Positions 35,370-42,727 of a stretch of DNA of 44,550 bases are shown here, piece by piece. Where the stretch lies: sequence record PZ445417.1; one strand, written 5' to 3'. The notes beneath the pieces are model-generated. The model made no database searches. It was not told where the DNA came from and was given only the letters and a program-made list of their open reading frames with translations. Each line of letters opens with the position of its first letter. Position 1 is the stretch's first letter. The stretch is from a phage. The position numbers and the translations under genes are program-made.

Positions 35370-35879
35370 TTAATCTTCCAGTTCGAAATAGGTTTCGACG
35401 ATTTCTTTTAAATCTTTGTGGAAGTCTTCGACGTCGTCATCTTCCAGCTTGGCGATTGATTTGATTTCGAACGCGTCCAGCAGGTCGTCGAATTCGTCGT
35501 TCGCGTCGTCGTCGTCACCGCCGGCAATAATCGCGGCATACTGTTTGATTTCGTCGCGCATCTCTGCCAGCGGATCGGCATCTTTCTTACCTTTGCCTTT
35601 CGCCGGTGCTTTCTTAGCCTTAGCCGGTTTTTCGTCTTCGGCATCTTCGTCGTCATCTTCTACGACTTCTTTTTTGGCCTTACCTTTAGCCGGTGCTTTT
35701 TTAGTTTTCGCTGGTGCTTCGTCTTCAGCGTCGTCATCTTCTACGACTTCTTTTTTGGCCTTAGACGGCTTTTTATCTTCCTGCTTACCAACGGCAGCGC
35801 CAACGGTTTCATAATGTTTAGCGATGATTTCCAGTGCTACTACGCCGCGAGTGATCAGGTTTACGATTTGCTCAAACAT
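35370..35879 (-). CDS. acidic repeat protein (169 aa), first gene of the leftward early operon
   Basis: ATG at 35879 (GGAGA RBS). Internal ~22-aa tandem repeat KAKKEVVEDDDxEDExPAKxKKAPAKGK and a strongly acidic C-terminus, mirrored by a DNA tandem repeat around 35647-35763. Confidence 0.55.
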   Translation of the reverse strand: MFEQIVNLITRGVVALEIIAKHYETVGAAVGKQEDKKPSKAKKEVVEDDDAEDEAPAKTKKAPAKGKAKKEVVEDDDEDAEDEKPAKAKKAPAKGKGKKDADPLAEMRDEIKQYAAIIAGGDDDDANDEFDDLLDAFEIKSIAKLEDDDVEDFHKDLKEIVETYFELED

Positions 35880-36082
35880 GGTATATCTCCGATTGGTTAA
35901 GTTTAGGTGTCGACAGTTAACTTCGTCGGTGGCCTTAACATAGTGCCTGGTTGCGCGTTCTCCCTTTCGGGTAGTGGACCAGGTTATATAATCACGGTTG
36001 GGAATCCTGACACTTCGATCCGGCCCCTGCGTTGCCCCTCTCCAGTTTGCGTCCTGCATCCTGTCGACGGGGTGAATAATAG

Positions 36083-36115
36083 ATTGGTTGCAGGATAGGT
36101 GTCAACAACTAATTT
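36083..36115 (+). promoter_or_regulatory. rightward early promoter P1 (ATTGGTTGCAG motif)
   Basis: ATTGGTTGCAG (-35 TTGCAG), 16 bp, TAATTT. Confidence 0.45.
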
Positions 36116-36116
36116 C

Positions 36117-36175
36117 AAAAAAAAAAGCGCCGAAGCAAAATGCGACGGCGCTAACCAATAAGAGACAATGAGACG
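36117..36175 (-). ncRNA. candidate ~58-nt antisense small RNA
   Basis: Minus-strand promoter (plus coordinates 36181-36209): TTGAAA, 17 bp, TGT-AATAAT. Minus-strand terminator GCGCCG...CGGCGC plus U10 at 36117-36151. No ORF. Antisense to the leader of P1 transcripts. Confidence 0.3.
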
Positions 36176-36222
36176 GGAGTATTATTACACGCGTGCGCGC
36201 CCGTTTCAATATTCCAAAGGAG

Positions 36223-36251
36223 TTGACACCCCGCGGTTTTAGGTGTAGTTT
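36223..36251 (+). promoter_or_regulatory. rightward early promoter P2
   Basis: TTGACA, 17 bp, TAGTTT, about 30 nt upstream of the RBS of the HTH gene. Confidence 0.55.
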
Positions 36252-36282
36252 CGTTGGTCATTAACCAACCGGAGACAGAACA

Positions 36283-36612
36283 ATGAATATCGACGACGCA
36301 ATCGAAATGTTAACTAAGACTGTTTGCAGTGAGACAAGCCGGTCCTGGGCATATACCGATGCCGTGGGGGCGGTGTTATTCGAAATCGAACGTCTGCGCC
36401 GTGTCGAAAAAGAATTGCGCGCGAAGCTGGAATTACTCAACGGTACAGCAGCCAGCAAGCTGCAAAAGCACAATGAAGAAATGGAAGAATACAAAAAACA
36501 GGTTATCCGTTTGCGCGATGAGGGAAAGTCATGGGCGATGATTGCCGAGTTAACCGGAATTAATCAGAGCACAGTGCGCTCCTGGGTACGCAATAATAAA
36601 ACTTCTAAGTAA
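36283..36612 (+). CDS. HTH DNA-binding protein (putative regulator or replication accessory protein)
   Basis: 109 aa, GGAGA RBS. C-terminal helix-turn-helix KSWAMIAELTGINQSTVRSWV; coiled-coil middle part. Confidence 0.55.
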   Translation: MNIDDAIEMLTKTVCSETSRSWAYTDAVGAVLFEIERLRRVEKELRAKLELLNGTAASKLQKHNEEMEEYKKQVIRLRDEGKSWAMIAELTGINQSTVRSWVRNNKTSK

Positions 36613-36616
36613 GGCA

Positions 36617-38887
36617 ATGGCAATGAGCTTAATTAAATTCGCGGTAACAAGACCCGCTAAAAAAGGCGAAAAAGCCAGGGCGGAAAACTTCCAGATGACC
36701 ACCGACGAGTTTTTCGAATTTATCAACGATGCTAAAGAAATATCCTCGGTGCATATCAACAAGACGGAAGATAAAGCCGAGTATGCGCGCCGCAAGCGTA
36801 AGGCCGATGGCATTGTGGCTTATACCAGTGATGGGCTGCGCCGCAAGACCAGTGCGGTGGATCGCTCGATCCTGTTCTTCGATATTGACCGTACCGACAC
36901 CCGCACCCTGCGCCGCTGCCGTAAGGCTTTCATCGACGCAGGACTGGAACATGTATTTCACACCACAACCGGCGACCGCCACCCGCTGAAAGGAGGCACG
37001 CGTTGCGCTCGTTTCCTGGTGCTCACCGATAAGCCTGTACCTGCTGAAGACCTGGGCCGCGTCCAGTATGCACTATTACACCAACTGGGCCTGTCAGATG
37101 TGGACTTCGATGATTGTACGAAAGACACAAACCGCCTTATGTACCTGCCTCACCAGCAATCGGTTATTAAGTGTCACTACGGCAAACGTGCCCGCGTCCG
37201 TCGTCTGCTTCGCCTGGCTGATAAGCTGGGAGTGGAAAAAGAGGAAGTACGCCGCGAACTAACCCAGGGCGATGACGGCGTGGCTGACGGTATTCTGGAT
37301 TGGTGCTTCCAGGCGGGATTCGAACCGCTGTCGTCCGGGCGTGGCTATGAAGTGCCGTGCCCTAACGAACACCTGCACAGCGGCGAAGGGTCCACCGCTA
37401 TCATGGTTAAGGATGGAGAGATCCGTTTCAAGTGTATGCACACCGGCAACGAGTGTTGCTCGGAACTGAACAGACACCAGCACCTGGCGCTACGTCTTAT
37501 CGGGATACCGGACCACCTGAACGTCGAACCACACAACATGTCTCGTAAGCAAATCGCCGCCATCCTTCCGGGACTGGACGACGAGGAAGTCGAATCGTGC
37601 TATGAACATATCGTTGATGCGGTCGGTGACGGCGACGAGTACGGCGGATGTACGGACGCAGACCTGGACAACGAGCCGGTTGCACTGTTCAGCAAGCACG
37701 ACCCGATCATCGAGGGGTTGATTAACTTTAAATCGACCTGGTACATGGCTGGCGAGTCGAACATCGGTAAATCTTTCTACGTGCTGGGGCAGATGGGTGC
37801 GATTGCCGCGGGCATTCCGTTTGGCGGTGCGAAGGTCGTCCAGTCTCATTGCTTCTATTTCGACGCGGAAGGTGGCGAAGCCTCTAACCAGCGTAAGGAG
37901 GCATTGCAGATCAAATATGAGCACGACCTGGACAAGCTGCACATTATAGACCTGCAATCACGCGGCTGGGATATCACCAGCAAATCCGGCTTGCGTGAAG
38001 TTATCAGCTTCATCAACCGCACCGCTAACGGCGAACCGGTGGGCCTGGTGGCGTTCGACTCACTCAACCAGACTGTTGCGCTGCGGTCCGCCGATGCTAA
38101 ACCGTTCGACGAGAACAACGCCAGCGATATGGGCGAAGTGGTCAAGGCGCTGAAGGCCATCGCAGAAAATACAGGCGGCAGTGCGGGCGTCATCCACCAC
38201 CCGGCGAAGGGTGCAAACGGCAGTAGATCCCCCCGCGGGTCCGGCGCGCTGCATGGTGCTGTCGATTCCGCGTTCTTCCTGGAGCAACCGGACGACAATC
38301 AGCCGGGCCAATTGAACCTGTATCACGAAAAAGCACGTAACGGCATCAAGCAAGCGCCGCGTGGCTTCGTCCTGCTCAAGTGCAAGGTTAAGGTGGATCT
38401 CCGCAAGTCCGAGGCGTTCGAATCGCACCAGTCCACCAGCACCGGGCCGGACTTCGGCGATGTGGTTGCCGGTTGGGACGTCAAGCCAATTGCCTCCACG
38501 CCACGCGACGAGACTCTTTACCTCGTACCGGTCGCCCTGGCGCCGTTCGCAATCGAACAGGCAAAGGCAGCGGGCAAAGCAGCAGTTAAGGAAGAGAACA
38601 CCGCCGGACCGCGCAACGAAAAAGAGAAAGTGCTTTATGCGGCACTGGAAAAACTGATGGAAGATAACCCGGACCATACCGGATTCAGTAAATCGGCGAT
38701 TGTCCGCCAGGCGGGATTGGCAAAAGGTGGCACATCGACGAAGGCAATCGACGATATGGTCGAGCGCGGCGTACTCGGTTTTTATACAGATCCGCACACT
38801 GGGGCCATCTATGGGTCGTCGAATATCGTCATTAAAACAAGTATACCCATCACGCTTTCGGCGACAGATGACGACCTGAAAGATTAA
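36617..38887 (+). CDS. DNA primase/helicase (prim-pol-like N-terminal domain plus RecA-like ATPase)
   Basis: 756 aa. N-terminal acidic motif LFFDIDR and HVFHTTTG (archaeo-eukaryotic primase-like), a Cys/His cluster, and Walker A GESNIGKS with Walker B-like VAFDSLNQ. Confidence 0.7.
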   Translation: MAMSLIKFAVTRPAKKGEKARAENFQMTTDEFFEFINDAKEISSVHINKTEDKAEYARRKRKADGIVAYTSDGLRRKTSAVDRSILFFDIDRTDTRTLRRCRKAFIDAGLEHVFHTTTGDRHPLKGGTRCARFLVLTDKPVPAEDLGRVQYALLHQLGLSDVDFDDCTKDTNRLMYLPHQQSVIKCHYGKRARVRRLLRLADKLGVEKEEVRRELTQGDDGVADGILDWCFQAGFEPLSSGRGYEVPCPNEHLHSGEGSTAIMVKDGEIRFKCMHTGNECCSELNRHQHLALRLIGIPDHLNVEPHNMSRKQIAAILPGLDDEEVESCYEHIVDAVGDGDEYGGCTDADLDNEPVALFSKHDPIIEGLINFKSTWYMAGESNIGKSFYVLGQMGAIAAGIPFGGAKVVQSHCFYFDAEGGEASNQRKEALQIKYEHDLDKLHIIDLQSRGWDITSKSGLREVISFINRTANGEPVGLVAFDSLNQTVALRSADAKPFDENNASDMGEVVKALKAIAENTGGSAGVIHHPAKGANGSRSPRGSGALHGAVDSAFFLEQPDDNQPGQLNLYHEKARNGIKQAPRGFVLLKCKVKVDLRKSEAFESHQSTSTGPDFGDVVAGWDVKPIASTPRDETLYLVPVALAPFAIEQAKAAGKAAVKEENTAGPRNEKEKVLYAALEKLMEDNPDHTGFSKSAIVRQAGLAKGGTSTKAIDDMVERGVLGFYTDPHTGAIYGSSNIVIKTSIPITLSATDDDLKD

Positions 38888-38962
38888 ATTTTGCGCGCAT
38901 TGGTTGCCGATATGGGAATTCCCATATCGCTAAAAGATTAAATTTTGCGCGCATTGGTTGCC
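38881..38962. repeat. two perfect 28-bp direct repeats flanking a perfect 22-bp palindrome
   Basis: AGATTAAATTTTGCGCGCATTGGTTGCC at 38881-38908 and 38935-38962. Palindrome CGATATGGGAATTCCCATATCG at 38908-38929. Each repeat contains ATTGGTTGCC. Confidence 0.8.
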
Positions 38963-39046
38963 ATTTTGGGCGTTTTTAACTGGTCGTATTGGTTGCCGTG
39001 TAGTGTAAATATAATGAATAGTTATGCAATAAAACTGCATAAAGTA

Positions 39047-39204
39047 AGCGGGACAAAAAGCGGGACAAACAAGGGGCGGGACAAAGCGGGACAGCACCCC
39101 TGTCCCGCCCCGGATGACGCGGCCTGGAGAGGAGCGGGACAGCGGGACAGCACCCCAGTCTTTCAGACTAGACGGGGGTCAACGGCCCCCCTCGTCTGAG
39201 ACTG
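39047..39204. repeat. non-coding repeat element, copy 2 (CGGGACA iterons plus conserved hairpin)
   Basis: Six CGGGACA copies, a GCGGGACAG-cacccc-TGTCCCGCC dyad, and a hairpin at 39156-39204 that differs from copy 1 only in its loop. Confidence 0.7.
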
Positions 39205-39360
39205 AATAAAATCCGGGAATTGCAAAAATACACGGCAGCATGACGCGAAGTGCGGTCGCGGATGAACTAGGCAACCAATGCTAGTTGCATTATGCTGAGT
39301 GAAAAATGCAGTTTGCAGTCACAGCAGATAGCGATCAACTTTTTCATGCGCGTGATTAAT

Positions 39361-39401
39361 ATTGGTTGCATCCGCCCTGGCACCCTGCTATATTGGTTGC
39401 A
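39361..39401 (+). promoter_or_regulatory. sigma70-like promoter with two ATTGGTTGCA copies
   Basis: ATTGGTTGCAT (-35 TTGCAT), 17 bp, TATATT, then a leader GGTTGCACACCAACAAGAGGAC nearly identical to the one upstream of 4453-5217. Confidence 0.5.
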
Positions 39402-39422
39402 CACCAACAAGAGGACTGAACA

Positions 39423-39728
39423 ATGAAAGCACTAATCTGGAACTACTCATTAGCAGTGGCGAAGCTGGACGAAGCGAAGGCACTCAACGGCAACGTAGAT
39501 CAGGCGCTTCAGGTTGCGATACTGGCGCATCAATCCCTTCGCAGCGCGCTCTATGGTATGGGCGCCAGCATGGACGAACTGAGGCCGTTGCGCGCGGCTA
39601 TCAGGGCTTACGCGCTGGCATTTGCCCGTGAGCGCCTGGCGTATCGCTTCGGGATCGGCGAGACGGCAGTGACAAACGTCGCCCGGATTAAAGCCCAGCG
39701 CGAACTATTCGCCCAGCTTGCGAAATAA
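39423..39728 (+). CDS. hypothetical protein (101 aa)
   Basis: ATG with AGAGGA RBS; Ala/Leu-rich, predicted helical. Confidence 0.5.
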   Translation: MKALIWNYSLAVAKLDEAKALNGNVDQALQVAILAHQSLRSALYGMGASMDELRPLRAAIRAYALAFARERLAYRFGIGETAVTNVARIKAQRELFAQLAK

Positions 39729-39737
39729 GGGGCCAAA

Positions 39738-40013
39738 ATGAGCCGTAGGCGAGCTAAACAGCTTTCGTGGAGCATACCGCTGCATTGCATACGAATATGG
39801 GCTGAGAATGCGAATGCGGGGGATTCTGTATTCTGGTGTTATCGCGATGACGTTAAGCCGTTGACGCAGACTCTCTACCTGCACCAGTTCGCAGCACAAC
39901 ACGATTTCAGGGTGCGGACTTCCTTGCAACCAATGGGGATCCGTATTACATTACGCCGAAAGCCTGCCGTTGAGCGGGTAGGCAAACACTGGAGACTGAG
40001 CAAATGTTACTAG
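39738..40013 (+). CDS. hypothetical protein (91 aa)
   Basis: ATG ORF, basic, closely following the previous gene. Confidence 0.45.
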   Translation: MSRRRAKQLSWSIPLHCIRIWAENANAGDSVFWCYRDDVKPLTQTLYLHQFAAQHDFRVRTSLQPMGIRITLRRKPAVERVGKHWRLSKCY

Positions 40014-40138
40014 GCGACTTCCCGCAGGAGCTTATGGACCTGCATATGTGCGTACTTGGCTACGAACAGAACGGCATCGCTACGGTATGCGACGGCGACA
40101 CGAAGACTATCGACGAGCTTGAGGAGACTGAACTATGA
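40004..40138 (+). CDS. small hypothetical protein (44 aa)
   Basis: ATG with GGAG RBS. Overlaps both neighbours, ending in an ATGA junction with the next gene. Confidence 0.3.
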   Translation: MLLGDFPQELMDLHMCVLGYEQNGIATVCDGDTKTIDELEETEL

Positions 40139-40689
40139 AATTACTATTCCGCCGCAAATCAGACGGAAAAATCCTGAAGCCGATCCAGACCCTGGATTCC
40201 TACGTCCGCATACAAAACGCGGCGGGCAATCGGGTGTGGTGGGCGAAGAAAGACAAGCTGCCTGAAAACTTTGACGTACTCACACACGATATTGAGCGCG
40301 GCGATGTGCTGCGTGATATCCGCGACGGGCAATTGTGGATTGTGGAGCACGCCCACCAGAATGGCTTGCGGTTGAAGTCCGGGATCTTGTTGAAGGGCAT
40401 GACGTACTTCGGGCTAATCCACTTTGAACGAGTGGGCCGCAATTACAGCCTTCGCAAACGCCAGCCGCATGAGCGCGTGGAGTTCCGCAAGTCGCAGCCC
40501 GCCTATGCCACCTACGACGCGAGCAAAGTGATGGATCCGATCCGCCAGGCGACGCATGAGATTATTAATCGCTTTGATGCCGTGACGAACGCACAGCGCC
40601 AGGCTAAGGAATACGGTGTGGGATTCATCCGTGTCGAACCAGACGGCAGCATGAACGCCATTGACCCGCGCTCGGTGATTCTGAAATGA
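40135..40689 (+). CDS. hypothetical protein (184 aa)
   Basis: ATG ORF; no recognisable motif. Confidence 0.5.
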   Translation: MKLLFRRKSDGKILKPIQTLDSYVRIQNAAGNRVWWAKKDKLPENFDVLTHDIERGDVLRDIRDGQLWIVEHAHQNGLRLKSGILLKGMTYFGLIHFERVGRNYSLRKRQPHERVEFRKSQPAYATYDASKVMDPIRQATHEIINRFDAVTNAQRQAKEYGVGFIRVEPDGSMNAIDPRSVILK

Positions 40690-40856
40690 ATAAATTCGAT
40701 TTAGTGCGGGATAAATTAACCCGCGATTTATACTTGGTGGTCGCCGTAACCCATTACCAGGTTAAACTACGTAATGCGGCTACTAAGCAAGCGCACTGGG
40801 CGCCACGCCATAACCCACACCTGGAGGTAGTATCCCGTGTCGGCTGTGATTCGTGA
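40686..40856 (+). CDS. small hypothetical protein (56 aa)
   Basis: ATG overlapping the previous stop (ATGA). Confidence 0.3.
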   Translation: MNKFDLVRDKLTRDLYLVVAVTHYQVKLRNAATKQAHWAPRHNPHLEVVSRVGCDS

Positions 40857-40961
40857 TATGCTCATGCACAACCGCTTTGAGATAGGCGGTCGGGTGTTTC
40901 GCAATTACTTCGTGGCGCGTGCCTGGGCGCGCCATATTGGCAGACCGGAGGGGGCAATACG

Positions 40962-41249
40962 ATGTTACACGATTTAATATATTGGTTTGGATTGGGGTGC
41001 GCGGCACTCTTTGCTGCGGTGCTGGCGCTGTTGGTATGGGTGTTCCTGATTTGGCCCGCGGTGGAAGCCGCCAGCATTACCCGCATGACGTTCCAGATAT
41101 ACAAGCGCCGTGGCATCACGGGGCACCCGACCAGGTTGCGCATGTGGTGGCTATGGTATCGCGATATGATAGGGGGCCGGATGTTCGAGGCCGTCCGATC
41201 GGAAGGGTGGGAGTGGAAAGGCGTCGGCAAGTGGTCCATTTTCGAATAA
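40962..41249 (+). CDS. membrane protein (95 aa)
   Basis: ATG with GGAGGGGG RBS. Hydrophobic N-terminal region (LIYWFGLGCAALFAAVLALLVWVFLIW) and a basic C-terminus. Confidence 0.45.
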   Translation: MLHDLIYWFGLGCAALFAAVLALLVWVFLIWPAVEAASITRMTFQIYKRRGITGHPTRLRMWWLWYRDMIGGRMFEAVRSEGWEWKGVGKWSIFE

Positions 41250-41266
41250 TTATGCAAGCGTGATAT

Positions 41267-41302
41267 AGTCCCAGTGAGCTAAAACTTACTGGGACTTTTT
41301 TT
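41267..41302 (+). terminator. rho-independent terminator abutting the holin start
   Basis: AGTCCCAGT-12 nt loop-ACTGGGACT hairpin followed by T7; the holin ATG follows immediately. Confidence 0.6.
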
Positions 41303-41593
41303 ATGGATAAGCTAAACGAGTGGTTATTTGCCATCGCATGTCTGGCTGGCGGCTTCGTAGGCGCACGCATTCATGGCGAGGCAACGAAGGGGCCGCTAAA
41401 CTTCGTTTTATATATCGTAGTTGGCTTCCTGTGTGCCATATTTGGTGCACCAGCTATCGCCGAGTGGGCGGGCTTATCGGGCGAGCGCACGGTCGCCGGT
41501 TTGGGCTTCGTAACTGCAATCTTCTGGATGCCAATAGCCGCCCGGATCAGGGAGACTATTGCGTCGTTCCGACTTCCGGGGGGCGCAAAATGA
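41303..41593 (+). CDS. putative holin (three transmembrane segments)
   Basis: 96 aa with three hydrophobic segments and a charged C-terminus; lies two genes upstream of the endolysin. Confidence 0.5.
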   Translation: MDKLNEWLFAIACLAGGFVGARIHGEATKGPLNFVLYIVVGFLCAIFGAPAIAEWAGLSGERTVAGLGFVTAIFWMPIAARIRETIASFRLPGGAK

Positions 41594-41835
41594 TTATCTC
41601 CGTCCTGTTGTTTGTTATCATAGGGGCTTCGTCCCTGTTTAACGTGTATGCGCCGTCCGTTCAGGATGGCATTTTAGGCCGGGTGTTATATCTGCTAACG
41701 GCGATGATCTGCGTTATCGGATTGTTGCAAACAGGAGACGTATCTGACACCACCTGGACCGCGTTAATCTGGCTGTTTGCATTGCGCACGCTGCGTAATG
41801 CTGTTTTGAATGGGGTAAAACATGCGATTCAGTGA
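41590..41835 (+). CDS. small membrane protein (81 aa), possible second holin or antiholin
   Basis: ATG overlapping the holin stop (ATGA). Two hydrophobic segments. Overlaps the endolysin start. Confidence 0.45.
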   Translation: MIISVLLFVIIGASSLFNVYAPSVQDGILGRVLYLLTAMICVIGLLQTGDVSDTTWTALIWLFALRTLRNAVLNGVKHAIQ

Positions 41836-42313
41836 TAACGGTCTCCGATTTACGGCAGCATGGGAGACTTTCAGCCCAGTGCCGTATTTCGCGACGAAGA
41901 AAGAGCAGGCCCGCGGCCTGTACACCTGGGGCTATGGTCACACCGGCACTAATCCGCCGCGGAGCATTACCCGTGCAGAAGCGCTGGAGCTGCTCAAGCG
42001 AGATGTGGCGTATGCTGAGGACTGGGTGAACAAATACGCCCATAAGAGCATTAACCAGGCGCAATTTGACGCGCTGGTTGACCTGGTAATCAATGCTGGT
42101 CAAGGTCCGATCATGCCGGACGACGTCGCCGGTGACTTCGACGATGCTGTCCGCCTGGGTGACTGGGCGAAGGTCCGTGCTACTCTGCCACAGTTCCGCA
42201 AGCAAGGCGGGGAAGTGCTGAAAGGGCTGGTCCGCCGAGCAATCGGCAGACAAGCGCTATTTGATGGTAAGCAGTGGGACGTTGCCGAGAAAATCGGACG
42301 TAACGCAGCATAA
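41822..42313 (+). CDS. endolysin (phage lysozyme, glycoside hydrolase 24-like)
   Basis: 163 aa. N-terminal region LRFTAAWETFSPVPYF...GLYTWGYGHT matches the catalytic region pattern of P22/T4-type lysozymes (from memory). Confidence 0.65.
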   Translation: MRFSDNGLRFTAAWETFSPVPYFATKKEQARGLYTWGYGHTGTNPPRSITRAEALELLKRDVAYAEDWVNKYAHKSINQAQFDALVDLVINAGQGPIMPDDVAGDFDDAVRLGDWAKVRATLPQFRKQGGEVLKGLVRRAIGRQALFDGKQWDVAEKIGRNAA

Positions 42314-42329
42314 TACGGGGTAACACAGT

Positions 42330-42491
42330 ATGTTAAAAAGTATTCTTGATCATAACGCCGACGCGCTCGCTGCGCTGGCTAAAACCGAAGACCCAGGCGC
42401 ACGCGCCATTATCGCGGACACAATCAGTCATGCGGGTGTCTTTGATGCGAAGCTGCCGAGTCCGCCACCGTCCGCAGAGCCAGAAGAGTAA
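42330..42491 (+). CDS. small hypothetical protein (53 aa)
   Basis: ATG ORF after the endolysin, ending just before a terminator. Confidence 0.3.
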   Translation: MLKSILDHNADALAALAKTEDPGARAIIADTISHAGVFDAKLPSPPPSAEPEE

Positions 42492-42497
42492 ACCACA

Positions 42498-42524
42498 AGC
42501 CCGGTAATTCCGGGCTTTTTATTT
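42498..42524 (+). terminator. rho-independent terminator
   Basis: AGCCCGG-taatt-CCGGGCT hairpin followed by TTTTTATTT. Confidence 0.7.
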
Positions 42525-42585
42525 CTTGACTTGCAACCAACATAGACGCCATACTGCGACCAATCAACAAGAGGAGTATTACACT

Positions 42586-42666
42586 ATGGCACGTAATGAT
42601 ATTTGGGTATTGGCAATCTGGTCCGCCGCGGCATTTATCGGTATGGTTATTTGCGAATTGCTATAA
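42586..42666 (+). CDS. very small hydrophobic peptide (26 aa)
   Basis: ATG with strong AGAGGAG RBS at 9-nt spacing. Sequence MARNDIWVLAIWSAAAFIGMVICELL is a single predicted transmembrane helix. Preceded by ATTGGT(T/C)GCA motifs. Confidence 0.25.
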   Translation: MARNDIWVLAIWSAAAFIGMVICELL

Positions 42667-42727
42667 CCCGCTGCAATAGGGACCGTGGTATATTGTCCTC
42701 GGTCCCATAATCAGGAAGTGGATTAAT

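Noticed and set aside
38945-39199. 84-aa ORF downstream of the primase gene
   Set aside because: Lies entirely within the second iteron/hairpin element; its peptide mirrors the repeat-derived ORF at 10965-11162; no RBS.
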